The notes under the pieces: generated by a model
What the model saw: only the letters and a program-made list of their open reading frames with translations
Told to the model about the DNA's origin: nothing
The model's database searches: none
In this document: piece by piece, positions 25,201 through 32,901 of the stretch
How positions within the stretch are numbered: position 1 is the stretch's first letter
Layout: the number at the start of each line of letters is the position of its first letter
Position numbers and translations under genes: made by a program
Source: a virus
Lineage: Duplodnaviria; Caudoviricetes
IMG/VR virus record: IMGVR_UViG_3300032269_000145
Location: 1 to 32,901 of that record
DNA length: 32,901 nt
Direction: 5' to 3' (one strand)

Positions 25201-26696
25201 AAAGAGATTCTCCGTATCGCTATTGGCATGACGCTGAAGCTTCTGCTCGTATAGCTAACACTGGCCTGCGTAAGATGGCTCGTGAACTAGAGTTTGTTAA
25301 CAACCTTAAAGAATCTAAACTGTTTGAACAGGTTGGGTTTGGTCCTGATAGACCTGTTAGAGAGTTGCCTAAAGGCTGGGTTGTTCCTAGTAACATAGAT
25401 CGCATTCCAGAGTTACGGGGATGGCACTTTGATCCTAAGACCGCTGCAATCATTTCTGATTTTGCTAAAGTTTGGGACAACACCATGTGGATGAAAGCAA
25501 CTAATGCTCTTGTCAAGAACATGATGCTTAACCCTGTTCCCCATATGTTCAATGAGGTTATGCACCTTTGGAACGCTCGTGGGTTTACTGGCTGGGTTGA
25601 CCCTCGTCAGTTAGGTACGTTTGCTATTACTGCTAGGGCAGCTTGGAGAGATGTTGGTAATCAAACTCAGTTCTACCGGGACATCATGCGTGAAGGTGGA
25701 TCTATCCTTGGTGCTGATCCTAGGAACAAACACTTTGAAGCTCTACAGAAAGAAGCTCAAAAGCAAATGTTTAGTACTCCAGAAATGGAGATTAGCTTAG
25801 GGCAACTTGCTAAAAAATTAGGCACAACTACTGGGGATCTGTATAACGGAATCTCTAATGCTTCTACAAAAGCTATGTGGTTTACCCGTGATGTTATGTA
25901 CGTCCAGTACATTCGTGAAATTATGGGTCAACATGAAAAGCGTACTGGCAGTAAGATGGAGCTTAAAGATGCCATAGAACACGCTGAAAAGCATATGCCT
26001 AACTATCGTATGCCTTCTGAGGTGTTAGGTAGTCGTGGTCTTGCTCAGGTACTTAAGAACCCAAACATAGATTTGTTTTCTAGATACCACTATGGTATGG
26101 TCAAATCTTTAGTAAACACTATCAAAGACGTTGATCCACGCAATCTTAGATCTCCTGAAAGCCGTGCTAAGTTTAGAGAAGGTGTAGACTCAATGCTTGC
26201 TATTGGCGTTGGTATGGCTTTTCTTTATCCTGCTATGGATCAAATAGCTCAAGCAATGTTTGGTGAAGGTGCTGAGCAACGTAGAGCAGGTCCATTCCAT
26301 TTGCTTCATGCTATTGAGCAGGTTGCTGAAGGCAAACGAGATGCCTCTGCTTTGATCTGGCCTGTGTTTACTTTTAATCCTATGCTATTGGGACTAGCAC
26401 AGTTGGCGTTTAACAAGAACATCTTTACTGGAAAACCTATTTACCATCCAGACGATCCTGTTGAAGACATTGCTGCTGACATTGGAACGTATGGCGTTAA
26501 ACAAGTGCCACAAGTTTCTCCTGTCCTTGGAGCAGTAGAAGATGAAGATGGCGCTAACAAGTTGTTGGCTAGACAGTTTGATATAAAAGTTAAAACTGGA
26601 GCACAACAAACTGCTGAAAAGAAAGCATTGGAAAGAGAAGAGCGCGCTAAAAAAGGCAGAAAAACTAAACGTGAAAAAGGAACCTATAAGCCATGA
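22257..26696 (+). CDS. Large internal virion (polyvalent) protein with zincin-like metallopeptidase motif
   Basis: 1479 aa; LAHESIHAGT (HESIH at 23997-24011) plus downstream KEFVAEAFTN; Gly/Ala-rich hydrophobic N-terminal region. Confidence 0.75.
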   Translation: MPFVDPDEVKSAASQKSGGGFVDPDEAVAAKQSVAKALAVKVPPLSQSVKTLQQQQGAEFKSGDKVSTQTLSDLVTGKKSPETTALGTAARAGGEVAATVPGSMYAAGVGTEIGTASMPVVAAIPYAGPFIAPWMPAVGGVTGGLVASVAQSYGINTLEEFADKVFGTNIVATKKAQAQAHPIAEKVGQFGGMVVGPGGTLVKAKDLFTKEGAKTAAVGSGIMVGVGGAQRAIEGQPVFSGEMIWDAASGAFVKPSKLGEKLIEKGRTVVSGKPAPADKFKPPPDTATPEQRNKFIEKLKAEKAKRDAKAKLDQAAIKNIKTGEVELHGPKHDEARKAELKDHPDYVEGFVDERGNFHDRQAAFEQAKRAEQLPEDHVLEIPEDGLHSGDLRKVGDENFKITEEQPAGTSKEKVDAPVTREEHKAEIDKLQEEAHLTLEGHKQEALNAGDKYGVADIEAKQAAIEKQIEALQSFMPAVKFADKAVPTWEELHDHLWGSKTVGEAFDRVLATDDLGTKGQRLLLKALNQSDFIRSAELGFSSEYLKYYDKEGLQKADALGLYYGDEHKINLGKEGNLYVLAHESIHAGTVRLLDEGNSTAAIKLQELFDKYKESHGDSKYGFIDVKEFVAEAFTNRQFQELLGSIKVGEQPKGVLNNLWAAFKNTVREGLNLPKGTRTALDEVFDHGISLVKKSKDFKPLEDHPASILDSIKQKASPAVADAFEKVDPRSVPNEEEMIKHATDLHDRFGEAEAVKFFEDYQKNLNERSIPIPNDVKSLEDGLHKLNTFQTKDRSEHVVGYKENTKNGVTEEQRAKWFDMRERGEPLPPEAKAVLDELDAENIALVRKIKAMGGDVGEEFTTGQSRIRLFSEKEKPGWIETLKGFFENTTPMGDRVADQANAAIERKVFALEDGRTIEFHRQPTDVTLPGGRKVKAGTEIWEWSDGRKRLVGHSPDINFKRGDSITLNDGTVSRVVDGNVLNIERDSPYRYWHDAEASARIANTGLRKMARELEFVNNLKESKLFEQVGFGPDRPVRELPKGWVVPSNIDRIPELRGWHFDPKTAAIISDFAKVWDNTMWMKATNALVKNMMLNPVPHMFNEVMHLWNARGFTGWVDPRQLGTFAITARAAWRDVGNQTQFYRDIMREGGSILGADPRNKHFEALQKEAQKQMFSTPEMEISLGQLAKKLGTTTGDLYNGISNASTKAMWFTRDVMYVQYIREIMGQHEKRTGSKMELKDAIEHAEKHMPNYRMPSEVLGSRGLAQVLKNPNIDLFSRYHYGMVKSLVNTIKDVDPRNLRSPESRAKFREGVDSMLAIGVGMAFLYPAMDQIAQAMFGEGAEQRRAGPFHLLHAIEQVAEGKRDASALIWPVFTFNPMLLGLAQLAFNKNIFTGKPIYHPDDPVEDIAADIGTYGVKQVPQVSPVLGAVEDEDGANKLLARQFDIKVKTGAQQTAEKKALEREERAKKGRKTKREKGTYKP

Positions 26697-28018
26697 ACAT
26701 CTTGATTATTGATGCTATGGGTACTTGCCTTGACTTTGCGTTAAGGTGCATGGACTACGGGCATACAATCAAAGCTTACATCCGTAACAATAAGGATGGT
26801 AATCGGTCTATGGTTGGTAATGGTGGTCTTCTTAATCGGGTATCTGATTGGGAAGCTCATATGAACTGGGCTGACTTAGTATTCTGTACAGACAATACGT
26901 TTTACATTCACCAGCTAGAACGCTACCGGGATAAAGGCTATCCTATTATTGGGCCTAGCATTGACACTAACCGCTGGGAACAAGACCGACAACATGGAGC
27001 TAAAATATTTGCCCAGGCAGGCATTCCTGTTATCCCTTCTACAGAGTTTACAAATTACGATGAAGCCATTGCTTTTGTTATTAAGAACAACAAACGCTAT
27101 GTGTCTAAGCCATTAGGTGATGGAGACAAGGCTCTTAGCTATGTAGCCAAGTCTGCTGCTGACATGGTTTTTATGTTGCAGAAGTGGAAAAAAAGTAACG
27201 CTTACAAAGGTTCTTTTATTCTTCAAGAGTTCCACGGGGGCATTGAGATTGCTGTAGGTGGCTGGTTTGGTGTTGGTGGGTTTTCTAAACACTTGTGCAT
27301 CAATCACGAATTTAAAAAGCTTTTAGCAGGAGATCTTGGAGTATCTACTGGTGAAGAAGGTACTATTCTTTACTACACCCAAGACTCTAAGCTTGCTGAC
27401 AAAGTTCTTAAACCACTTGAAGGATTCTTACATGGGCTTAGCTACACTGGTTATATTGATGTTAATTGCATCATTGATGATAAGGGAACTCCTTGGCCTT
27501 TAGAGTTTACTATGCGTCCCGGTTGGCCTTTGTTTATGATTCAGCAGGCTCTACATAAGGGTGATCCAGCGCAGTGGATGCTAGATCTGTTAGATGGTAA
27601 AGACACCCTACGGGTCAGTGACAAAGTTGCTTGTGGAGTAGTAGTTACTATGCCTCCATATCCTTTTGACAAGGGTACTCCTAAGATTGAACACGCAGGT
27701 TACCCACTGTTTGACTTGACTATGGACGATGTTATTAAGAACGTCCATTTAGCTGAAGTCATGTGCGGCAAAGCACCTGCTATGGTAAATGGCAAAGTTA
27801 AACTTGATGAAGAACAGTTTTTAACTGCTGGTAACTACGTCTGTATTGTTACTGGTATTGGTGAGACTGTTGAAGATGCTCGTACTGCTTGCTACGATAC
27901 TCTTAAGAAAAAAATCAACATCCCTAACTCCATTGGCTATAGAATAGACATTGGTTGTAGACTAGAAAAACAGTTGCCTGATCTTCGTAAGATGGGCTAT
28001 ACCTCTAAGAAGTATTAA
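26693..28018 (+). CDS. PurD-fold ATP-grasp ligase (divergent)
   Basis: YVSKP, ILQEF..GIE, KKLLAGDLGVSTGEEG, LEFTMRPGWP, PPYP and YRIDIG align with PurD blocks. The N-terminal GxGGREHA motif is absent. Confidence 0.85.
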   Translation: MNILIIDAMGTCLDFALRCMDYGHTIKAYIRNNKDGNRSMVGNGGLLNRVSDWEAHMNWADLVFCTDNTFYIHQLERYRDKGYPIIGPSIDTNRWEQDRQHGAKIFAQAGIPVIPSTEFTNYDEAIAFVIKNNKRYVSKPLGDGDKALSYVAKSAADMVFMLQKWKKSNAYKGSFILQEFHGGIEIAVGGWFGVGGFSKHLCINHEFKKLLAGDLGVSTGEEGTILYYTQDSKLADKVLKPLEGFLHGLSYTGYIDVNCIIDDKGTPWPLEFTMRPGWPLFMIQQALHKGDPAQWMLDLLDGKDTLRVSDKVACGVVVTMPPYPFDKGTPKIEHAGYPLFDLTMDDVIKNVHLAEVMCGKAPAMVNGKVKLDEEQFLTAGNYVCIVTGIGETVEDARTACYDTLKKKINIPNSIGYRIDIGCRLEKQLPDLRKMGYTSKKY

Positions 28019-28020
28019 GC

Positions 28021-28389
28021 ATGGCTACTCTTTTTCCAATTCCTCAAGATAAAATAGGCGAAAGCTTTGTCTGGCGAGATTGGTTTCAAAGGCTTAGTGA
28101 TAAAGTTTTTGGAACTATAAGTACTCAAGACTCTAGTAATGTAACTATTACTGGAGGAACTATAGCCGTAACCTCAGTTACTACTGACACTTTGTTTGTT
28201 AACACTGGTCTTGATGGACAAGTTCTTATAGGTAAAACTTCTGACCATAGTTTTACTCCTGCTACATTAACTGCTGGTTCTAACGTGACTATTACAAATG
28301 GTCCTGGCACAATTACTATTGCATCTACAGGTGGGGGTGGTGGTAGCAGTGGCCCTGCTATTTATGCCTTTGCTGCTGCACACGGATAA
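28021..28389 (+). CDS. Short tail/fibre-associated protein
   Basis: WRDWFQRL N-terminus followed by LTAGSNVTITNGPGTITI fibre motif. Confidence 0.7.
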   Translation: MATLFPIPQDKIGESFVWRDWFQRLSDKVFGTISTQDSSNVTITGGTIAVTSVTTDTLFVNTGLDGQVLIGKTSDHSFTPATLTAGSNVTITNGPGTITIASTGGGGGSSGPAIYAFAAAHG

Positions 28390-28392
28390 ACT

Positions 28393-31356
28393 ATGATTAG
28401 ACTAGACACAACAGTTAGATCATTAACTCTGTTTCTTGGTGGAGCGCACGCTACTGCACCTTTACAGATTGTTGTATCCTATTCTGATCAAACTAGTAGC
28501 ACTTACCTAGGTGGTACTCAGCTTAGCAATTCAAATGGCACATCAACTGTAACTATTTGTTCTGCTCCTTCTGCTTCTACTATCCGTGATATAGATATGG
28601 TGTCTGTGTTAAATACAGATACTGCTACTCAAACTGTAACTATTCAATTGCTTAGTACAGCAACTAGCTATAAGATTACTACAGTAACTTTGTTAATTGG
28701 AGAAAAACTAACTTACACTCATGGTAGTGCTTGGCAAGTTGTTTCTAATTCTGGAAATATTAAGTACACAGTATTAGCTACTACAGGTGTTGATTCATTT
28801 AGTGGTGGTTCTACAGGACTAACTCCTGCTACTGCTACAACAGGTGCTGTTACTCTTAGTGGCACTTTGGCTGTAGCCAACGGGGGTACTGGTACTGCTA
28901 GTCCTAGTTTGATAGCTGGGACTAACGTAACTATTACTGGTAGTTGGCCTAACCAAACAATTAACTCTAGTACTAGTGGTACTGTTACATCTGTATCAGG
29001 CACAACAGGACGTGTTACTAGTACAGGTGGAACAACACCAATTATTGACTTAGCAAGCGGTGTAGCAACGCCTGGAACAACAGGCTCTGCAACGTTAGTG
29101 CCGGTAGTCACCATTGATACCTATGGACGGGTAACAAGCATTACAACTGCCGCTAATCCACAAGGCACTGTTACATCGGTTACTGGTACAACTCCTATTG
29201 TTTCTTCTGGTGGCACTACACCAGCTATTAGCATTCCAGCAGCTACTACATCTGTAAATGGTTATTTAACCTCTACTGATTGGACCACTTTTAATAACAA
29301 AGGTTCTGGCTCTGTAACTAGCGTTGCGGCAACTGTACCTAGTCTTTTGTCAGTATCAGGTTCGCCAATTACCACTTCAGGCACATTGGCATTTACCTAT
29401 TCCGGTACGGCATTGCCAGTAGCAAATGGTGGTACAGGTTTAACTACAACACCCGCCAATGGTAATTTAGACATTGGTAATGGGACAGGATTTACCCGTT
29501 CTACATTAACTGCTGGTTCAGGAATAACCGTTACTAACGCAAGTGGATCTATTACCATTGCGGCAACCAACTCAGGCACTGTAACATCCGTAACAGGAAC
29601 GTCTCCCGTTGTGTCTAGTGGCGGTGCAACGCCTGCTATTTCAATGGCAGCAGCTACAACAAGTGTTAGTGGTTATTTAACTAGCACAGATTGGAATACG
29701 TTTAACAACAAAGGATCTGGAACAGTTACATCTGTATCTGGAACTATAGGTAACATTACAAGCACTGGAGGTGCTACACCTGTTATTGATTTAGCTAGTG
29801 GTATTGCTACTGCTGGCACTACAGGATCAGCTAGTTTAGTTCCTGTTGTAACTATTGATACCTATGGTCGTGTTACTAGTATCACAACCGCTGCTAACCC
29901 ACAGGGTACAGTTACTTCAGTAACAGGTACATCTCCAATTGCATCTAGTGGTGGAGCTACTCCTGCATTAAGTCTTTCTGCTAGTTATGGTGATACTCAA
30001 AATCCATACGCATCCAAGACTGCTAATTATGTTTTAGCAGCACCAAATGGCACTGCTGGTGTACCGACATTTAGGGCTATTGTTGCTGCTGACATTCCTA
30101 CGCTCAATCAGAACACCACAGGAACGGCTTCTAACGTCACCGGCACAGTAGCCATAGCAAATGGTGGAACGGGCGCTACAACGGCTGCTGCGGCCTTAAC
30201 AAACTTAGGCGCTTACCCTGCGTCTAATCCTTCTGGATACGGCACTGGGTCTGTTACTAGCGTTGCAGCTACTGTTCCTGCATTCTTATCAATAGCAGGA
30301 AGCCCTATTACGACATCGGGTACTTTGGCTATCAGCTATTCAGGGACAGCATTACCAATTGCTAACGGCGGTTCTGGGGCCACTACAGCACAAACAGCTA
30401 TGAACGCTTTTGCTGGAGCAGTAACTAGCGGATCGTATTTGCGTGGCAATGGCACAAATGTGGTGATGGCAACCATCCAAGCTGCGGATGTGCCTACGCT
30501 CAATCAAAACACTTCTGGTTCTGCTGGGTCTGTAGCTAACGCACTGACATCTGGTACAGGGATATCGTTTAGTTCTGGCACTACCTACAACGGGTCTGCT
30601 GCTATTACGATTAACAATTCCCTGCCAATGGTGTACCCAGGCGCTGGCATTCCTAATTCCACGGGAACTGCTTGGGGTACTTCGTACAGCACCACCGGCA
30701 GCGGAACTGTTGTGGCGTTGGCGACTTCTCCCAGTTTTACAACGCCGGTTTTGGGTACACCAACTAGCGGAAACTTTAGCACCGGTTCTTTTACTTGGCC
30801 GACGTTTAATCAGAACACAACAGGCACAGCCGCCAATGTTACTGGTACGGTAGCGATTGCAAACGGCGGTACAGGTCAGACAACAGCAGCGGCTGGGTTT
30901 AATGCTTTGTCGCCCATCACTAGCATTGGCGATCTCATTCTTGGCAATGGCACAAACAGCGCTACTCGCTTGGGCATAGGTGCTAATGGTTATGTGCTAA
31001 CATCTAACGGCACGACAGCTTCTTGGGCTGCGGGTGGAGGCGGTGGAGGTGGATCAGTCACCATCAGCAATGACACGACTACCGCATCTGCTCTTTATCC
31101 CGCATTCTTTGCCGCGACATCAGGCACTGCAACTACGGCGTACACTAGCAACGCCAAATTGCTATACCAACCATCTACCGGTGAATTTTTAGCTTCAGTG
31201 TTAAACGCCAGCAATGGAATTTATGTAAATTCAAATACCGTATCTACAAGCTACACTATTCCAACAGGAAGCACTGGTTTTTCTTATGGACCAATGAGTG
31301 TATCGTCAGGCGCAACGGTAACTGTGTCTAGCGGATCAGTTTGGATAATTAACTAA
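28393..31356 (+). CDS. Long repeat-rich tail fibre protein
   Basis: 987 aa, Thr/Gly/Ser-rich, with recurrent GTVTSV, VANGGTG and TIDTYGRVT modules. Confidence 0.88.
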   Translation: MIRLDTTVRSLTLFLGGAHATAPLQIVVSYSDQTSSTYLGGTQLSNSNGTSTVTICSAPSASTIRDIDMVSVLNTDTATQTVTIQLLSTATSYKITTVTLLIGEKLTYTHGSAWQVVSNSGNIKYTVLATTGVDSFSGGSTGLTPATATTGAVTLSGTLAVANGGTGTASPSLIAGTNVTITGSWPNQTINSSTSGTVTSVSGTTGRVTSTGGTTPIIDLASGVATPGTTGSATLVPVVTIDTYGRVTSITTAANPQGTVTSVTGTTPIVSSGGTTPAISIPAATTSVNGYLTSTDWTTFNNKGSGSVTSVAATVPSLLSVSGSPITTSGTLAFTYSGTALPVANGGTGLTTTPANGNLDIGNGTGFTRSTLTAGSGITVTNASGSITIAATNSGTVTSVTGTSPVVSSGGATPAISMAAATTSVSGYLTSTDWNTFNNKGSGTVTSVSGTIGNITSTGGATPVIDLASGIATAGTTGSASLVPVVTIDTYGRVTSITTAANPQGTVTSVTGTSPIASSGGATPALSLSASYGDTQNPYASKTANYVLAAPNGTAGVPTFRAIVAADIPTLNQNTTGTASNVTGTVAIANGGTGATTAAAALTNLGAYPASNPSGYGTGSVTSVAATVPAFLSIAGSPITTSGTLAISYSGTALPIANGGSGATTAQTAMNAFAGAVTSGSYLRGNGTNVVMATIQAADVPTLNQNTSGSAGSVANALTSGTGISFSSGTTYNGSAAITINNSLPMVYPGAGIPNSTGTAWGTSYSTTGSGTVVALATSPSFTTPVLGTPTSGNFSTGSFTWPTFNQNTTGTAANVTGTVAIANGGTGQTTAAAGFNALSPITSIGDLILGNGTNSATRLGIGANGYVLTSNGTTASWAAGGGGGGGSVTISNDTTTASALYPAFFAATSGTATTAYTSNAKLLYQPSTGEFLASVLNASNGIYVNSNTVSTSYTIPTGSTGFSYGPMSVSSGATVTVSSGSVWIIN
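28975..30900 (+). repeat. Internal modular duplications in the fibre gene
   Basis: Approximate pairs: 28975-29232 vs 29716-29973; 29161-29320 vs 29575-29735; 29308-29439 vs 30247-30378; 30097-30195 vs 30799-30897. Confidence 0.85.
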
Positions 31357-31368
31357 CAAGGAAAAATT

Positions 31369-31743
31369 ATGGCGACGACTATAGACGGAACAACTGGTGT
31401 ATCTACCAGCAATTTAGTTTTGAGTGGGTATTACACCGAAAGCGTAGTGGCTATCGGTAACAGTGGAACCACAAAAACATTGTCGCTTGCTAGTGGAACA
31501 TTTCAGACTGTAACGCTCACAGGAAATTGTACATTTACCATGCCTACAGCAACTGCGGGCCAATCTTTTATTTTAATAGTTAGCCAAGATGCAACTGGTA
31601 GCAGAACCGCAACTTTTACCGGAGTAAAGTTTCCTGGTGGAATTGCGCCTACTATTACGATAACAGCGTCAGCGATAGATATTTTGACATTTGTCGCTAA
31701 TGGCACTTCTTGGTTTGGTTCAGCAGCACAGGCATACGCATAA
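31369..31743 (+). CDS. Tail fibre accessory protein (124 aa)
   Basis: AAGGA SD; QTVTLTGNCTFT, QDATGSRT and IDILTF motifs typical of fibre tip modules. Confidence 0.75.
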   Translation: MATTIDGTTGVSTSNLVLSGYYTESVVAIGNSGTTKTLSLASGTFQTVTLTGNCTFTMPTATAGQSFILIVSQDATGSRTATFTGVKFPGGIAPTITITASAIDILTFVANGTSWFGSAAQAYA

Positions 31744-32636
31744 TGTTTGCATCTAAAAATTTATTTATTTCCGGCGGTAAAGGATACACGCCAGGGCAAA
31801 TTGTTACTTTTACAGCATCAGGAACATGGAAAGCACCCGCAGGAATTTCTACCATTAATTACTTAATTGTTGGTGGTGGTGGTGGTGGTGGTGGAACAGG
31901 TGTTCAAGCTGGTTTGGCAGCAGGCGGCGGTGCTGGCGGTATGCGTAGTGGAACTAGCCTTGCTGTTACTGCTGGCACTACTTACACAATTACCGTGGGT
32001 GCCGGTGGCGCTGGAGGTGCATCAAAAGCTGGGTCGGGTGTAGGCACTTTTGGAAATATTGGAACAAATGGAGGTAGTTCTTCCATTGCTGGTTCAGGAT
32101 TAACTACTATTACTTCAGCAGGTGGTGGAGGTGGATCGCCAGGACAAGACACCAGCATTTCTGGTGCTGCTGGCGGGTCTGGTGGCGGCGGTGGAGGTGG
32201 CGGTACAGGTACTGCTCCCGGCATTACTGCCGGTGCTGGCAATACCCCAAGTACATCACCATCACAGGGGAATTCTGGTGGTAGCGGAGCACCGGGCAGT
32301 GGAGCGCCCAACTATGGTGCTGGAGGTGGTGGAGGTGCAGGCGCTGTAGGCAATCCCGGTTCTACTACTACTGGTGGAGATGGCGGCGCTGGAACAGCAA
32401 GTAGCATAAGTGGCAGTAGCGTTACCTATGCTGGTGGTGGTGGAGGTTCTGCTGTTACTACCCCCGGTGCTGGGGGCACAGGCGGTGGCGGTGGCGGTGG
32501 CAACCGAGTAAATTCTCCTGCCGCAGTTGCTGGAACTACTAATCGAGGTGCTGGCGGCGGTGGTGCTGGTGCTGATACAACTAGTTCCGCAGGGGGAAAT
32601 GGCGGTTCTGGAATCATTATTCTTAAGCTGAACTAA
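31743..32636 (+). CDS. Glycine-rich tail/receptor-binding protein
   Basis: Start corrected to ATG 31743 (TAATG overlap). FTASGTWKAP..YLIVGGGGGGG...GGNGGSGIIIL glycine-rich domain. Confidence 0.8.
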   Translation: MFASKNLFISGGKGYTPGQIVTFTASGTWKAPAGISTINYLIVGGGGGGGGTGVQAGLAAGGGAGGMRSGTSLAVTAGTTYTITVGAGGAGGASKAGSGVGTFGNIGTNGGSSSIAGSGLTTITSAGGGGGSPGQDTSISGAAGGSGGGGGGGGTGTAPGITAGAGNTPSTSPSQGNSGGSGAPGSGAPNYGAGGGGGAGAVGNPGSTTTGGDGGAGTASSISGSSVTYAGGGGGSAVTTPGAGGTGGGGGGGNRVNSPAAVAGTTNRGAGGGGAGADTTSSAGGNGGSGIIILKLN

Positions 32637-32637
32637 G

Positions 32638-32856
32638 ATGAAAAAGTACCAACTTTATGGCATAGATTCAGCAATGCAGTTGCTGCGTCCTCATGCCAAG
32701 TGGGAAATTCACAACCGTACCATTACGATTTGGGAAGATGATCGACCATGCCCAACATGGGATGAAATTGACGCGACAATGGAAAAGATTAAAGCGTTTG
32801 AGGACTCAATACCTACTATTTGGACAACGAAGATTTTAGAAGAATTGGAAATGTAA
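32638..32856 (+). CDS. Small fibre-associated protein/chaperone
   Basis: AMQLLRPHAKW...W.D.RPCPTWDEI motif after the glycine-rich gene. Confidence 0.65.
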   Translation: MKKYQLYGIDSAMQLLRPHAKWEIHNRTITIWEDDRPCPTWDEIDATMEKIKAFEDSIPTIWTTKILEELEM

Positions 32857-32900
32857 TGGCCCACTTTGCAAAAATTGAAAACGGCATAGTTACACAAGTG
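32856..32900 (+). CDS. Partial ORF (MAHFAKIENGIVTQV...), runs off the window
   Basis: TAATG overlap. MAHFA-type N-termini commonly follow glycine-rich tail genes. Confidence 0.65.
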   Translation, partial: MAHFAKIENGIVTQV

Positions 32901-32901
32901 G

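Larger units (their letters stand above)
1..32901. mobile_element. Tailed dsDNA phage genome segment (Caudoviricetes, podovirus-like morphogenesis module)
   Basis: Collinear terminase-portal-scaffold-capsid-adaptor-nozzle-ejection protein-fibre genes. No tape measure, sheath or cellular housekeeping genes seen. Confidence 0.97.

Noticed and set aside
22257-26696. Virion RNA polymerase as the reader of the GNA hairpins
   Set aside because: I could not find T7/N4-type polymerase motifs or a DxDGD motif, and the protein is far shorter than N4 vRNAP.
31871-31892. (GGT)n microsatellite as a phase-variation switch
   Set aside because: An in-frame triplet encoding the normal poly-Gly motif of glycine-rich domains.
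28393-32636. Diversity-generating retroelement or invertible fibre cassette
   Set aside because: No reverse transcriptase or invertase in the window. Repeat copies differ at synonymous positions of all bases, not specifically at adenines, and are direct and in-frame.

Overview
This window is part of a tailed dsDNA bacteriophage genome with podovirus-like gene order. The left arm (1-4070, minus strand) carries a CobS/MoxR-like AAA+ ATPase, a CobT-like VWA partner and several small early-type ORFs. Two GC-rich, hairpin-dense intergenic elements with GNA triloops sit among these ORFs. A ~1.1 kb divergent non-coding region (4071-5187) holds four Fis-like palindromes, an IHF-like site, G-tracts and a compositional switch. 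The right arm (5188-32901, plus strand) is the morphogenesis module: small/large terminase, portal, a GroES homolog interrupted by one in-frame TAA, scaffold, major capsid, virion/tail proteins, P22 gp4/gp10-like adaptor and nozzle, three ejection-type proteins and repeat-rich tail fibres. The most unusual arrangement is that two putative modifying enzymes bracket and overlap the ejection-protein genes: a cupin+SET-domain methyltransferase and a PurD-fold ATP-grasp ligase with altered substrate motifs. I found no tRNA, CRISPR, integrase or reverse transcriptase. All calls come from reading motifs and gene order by eye; no database search was run.
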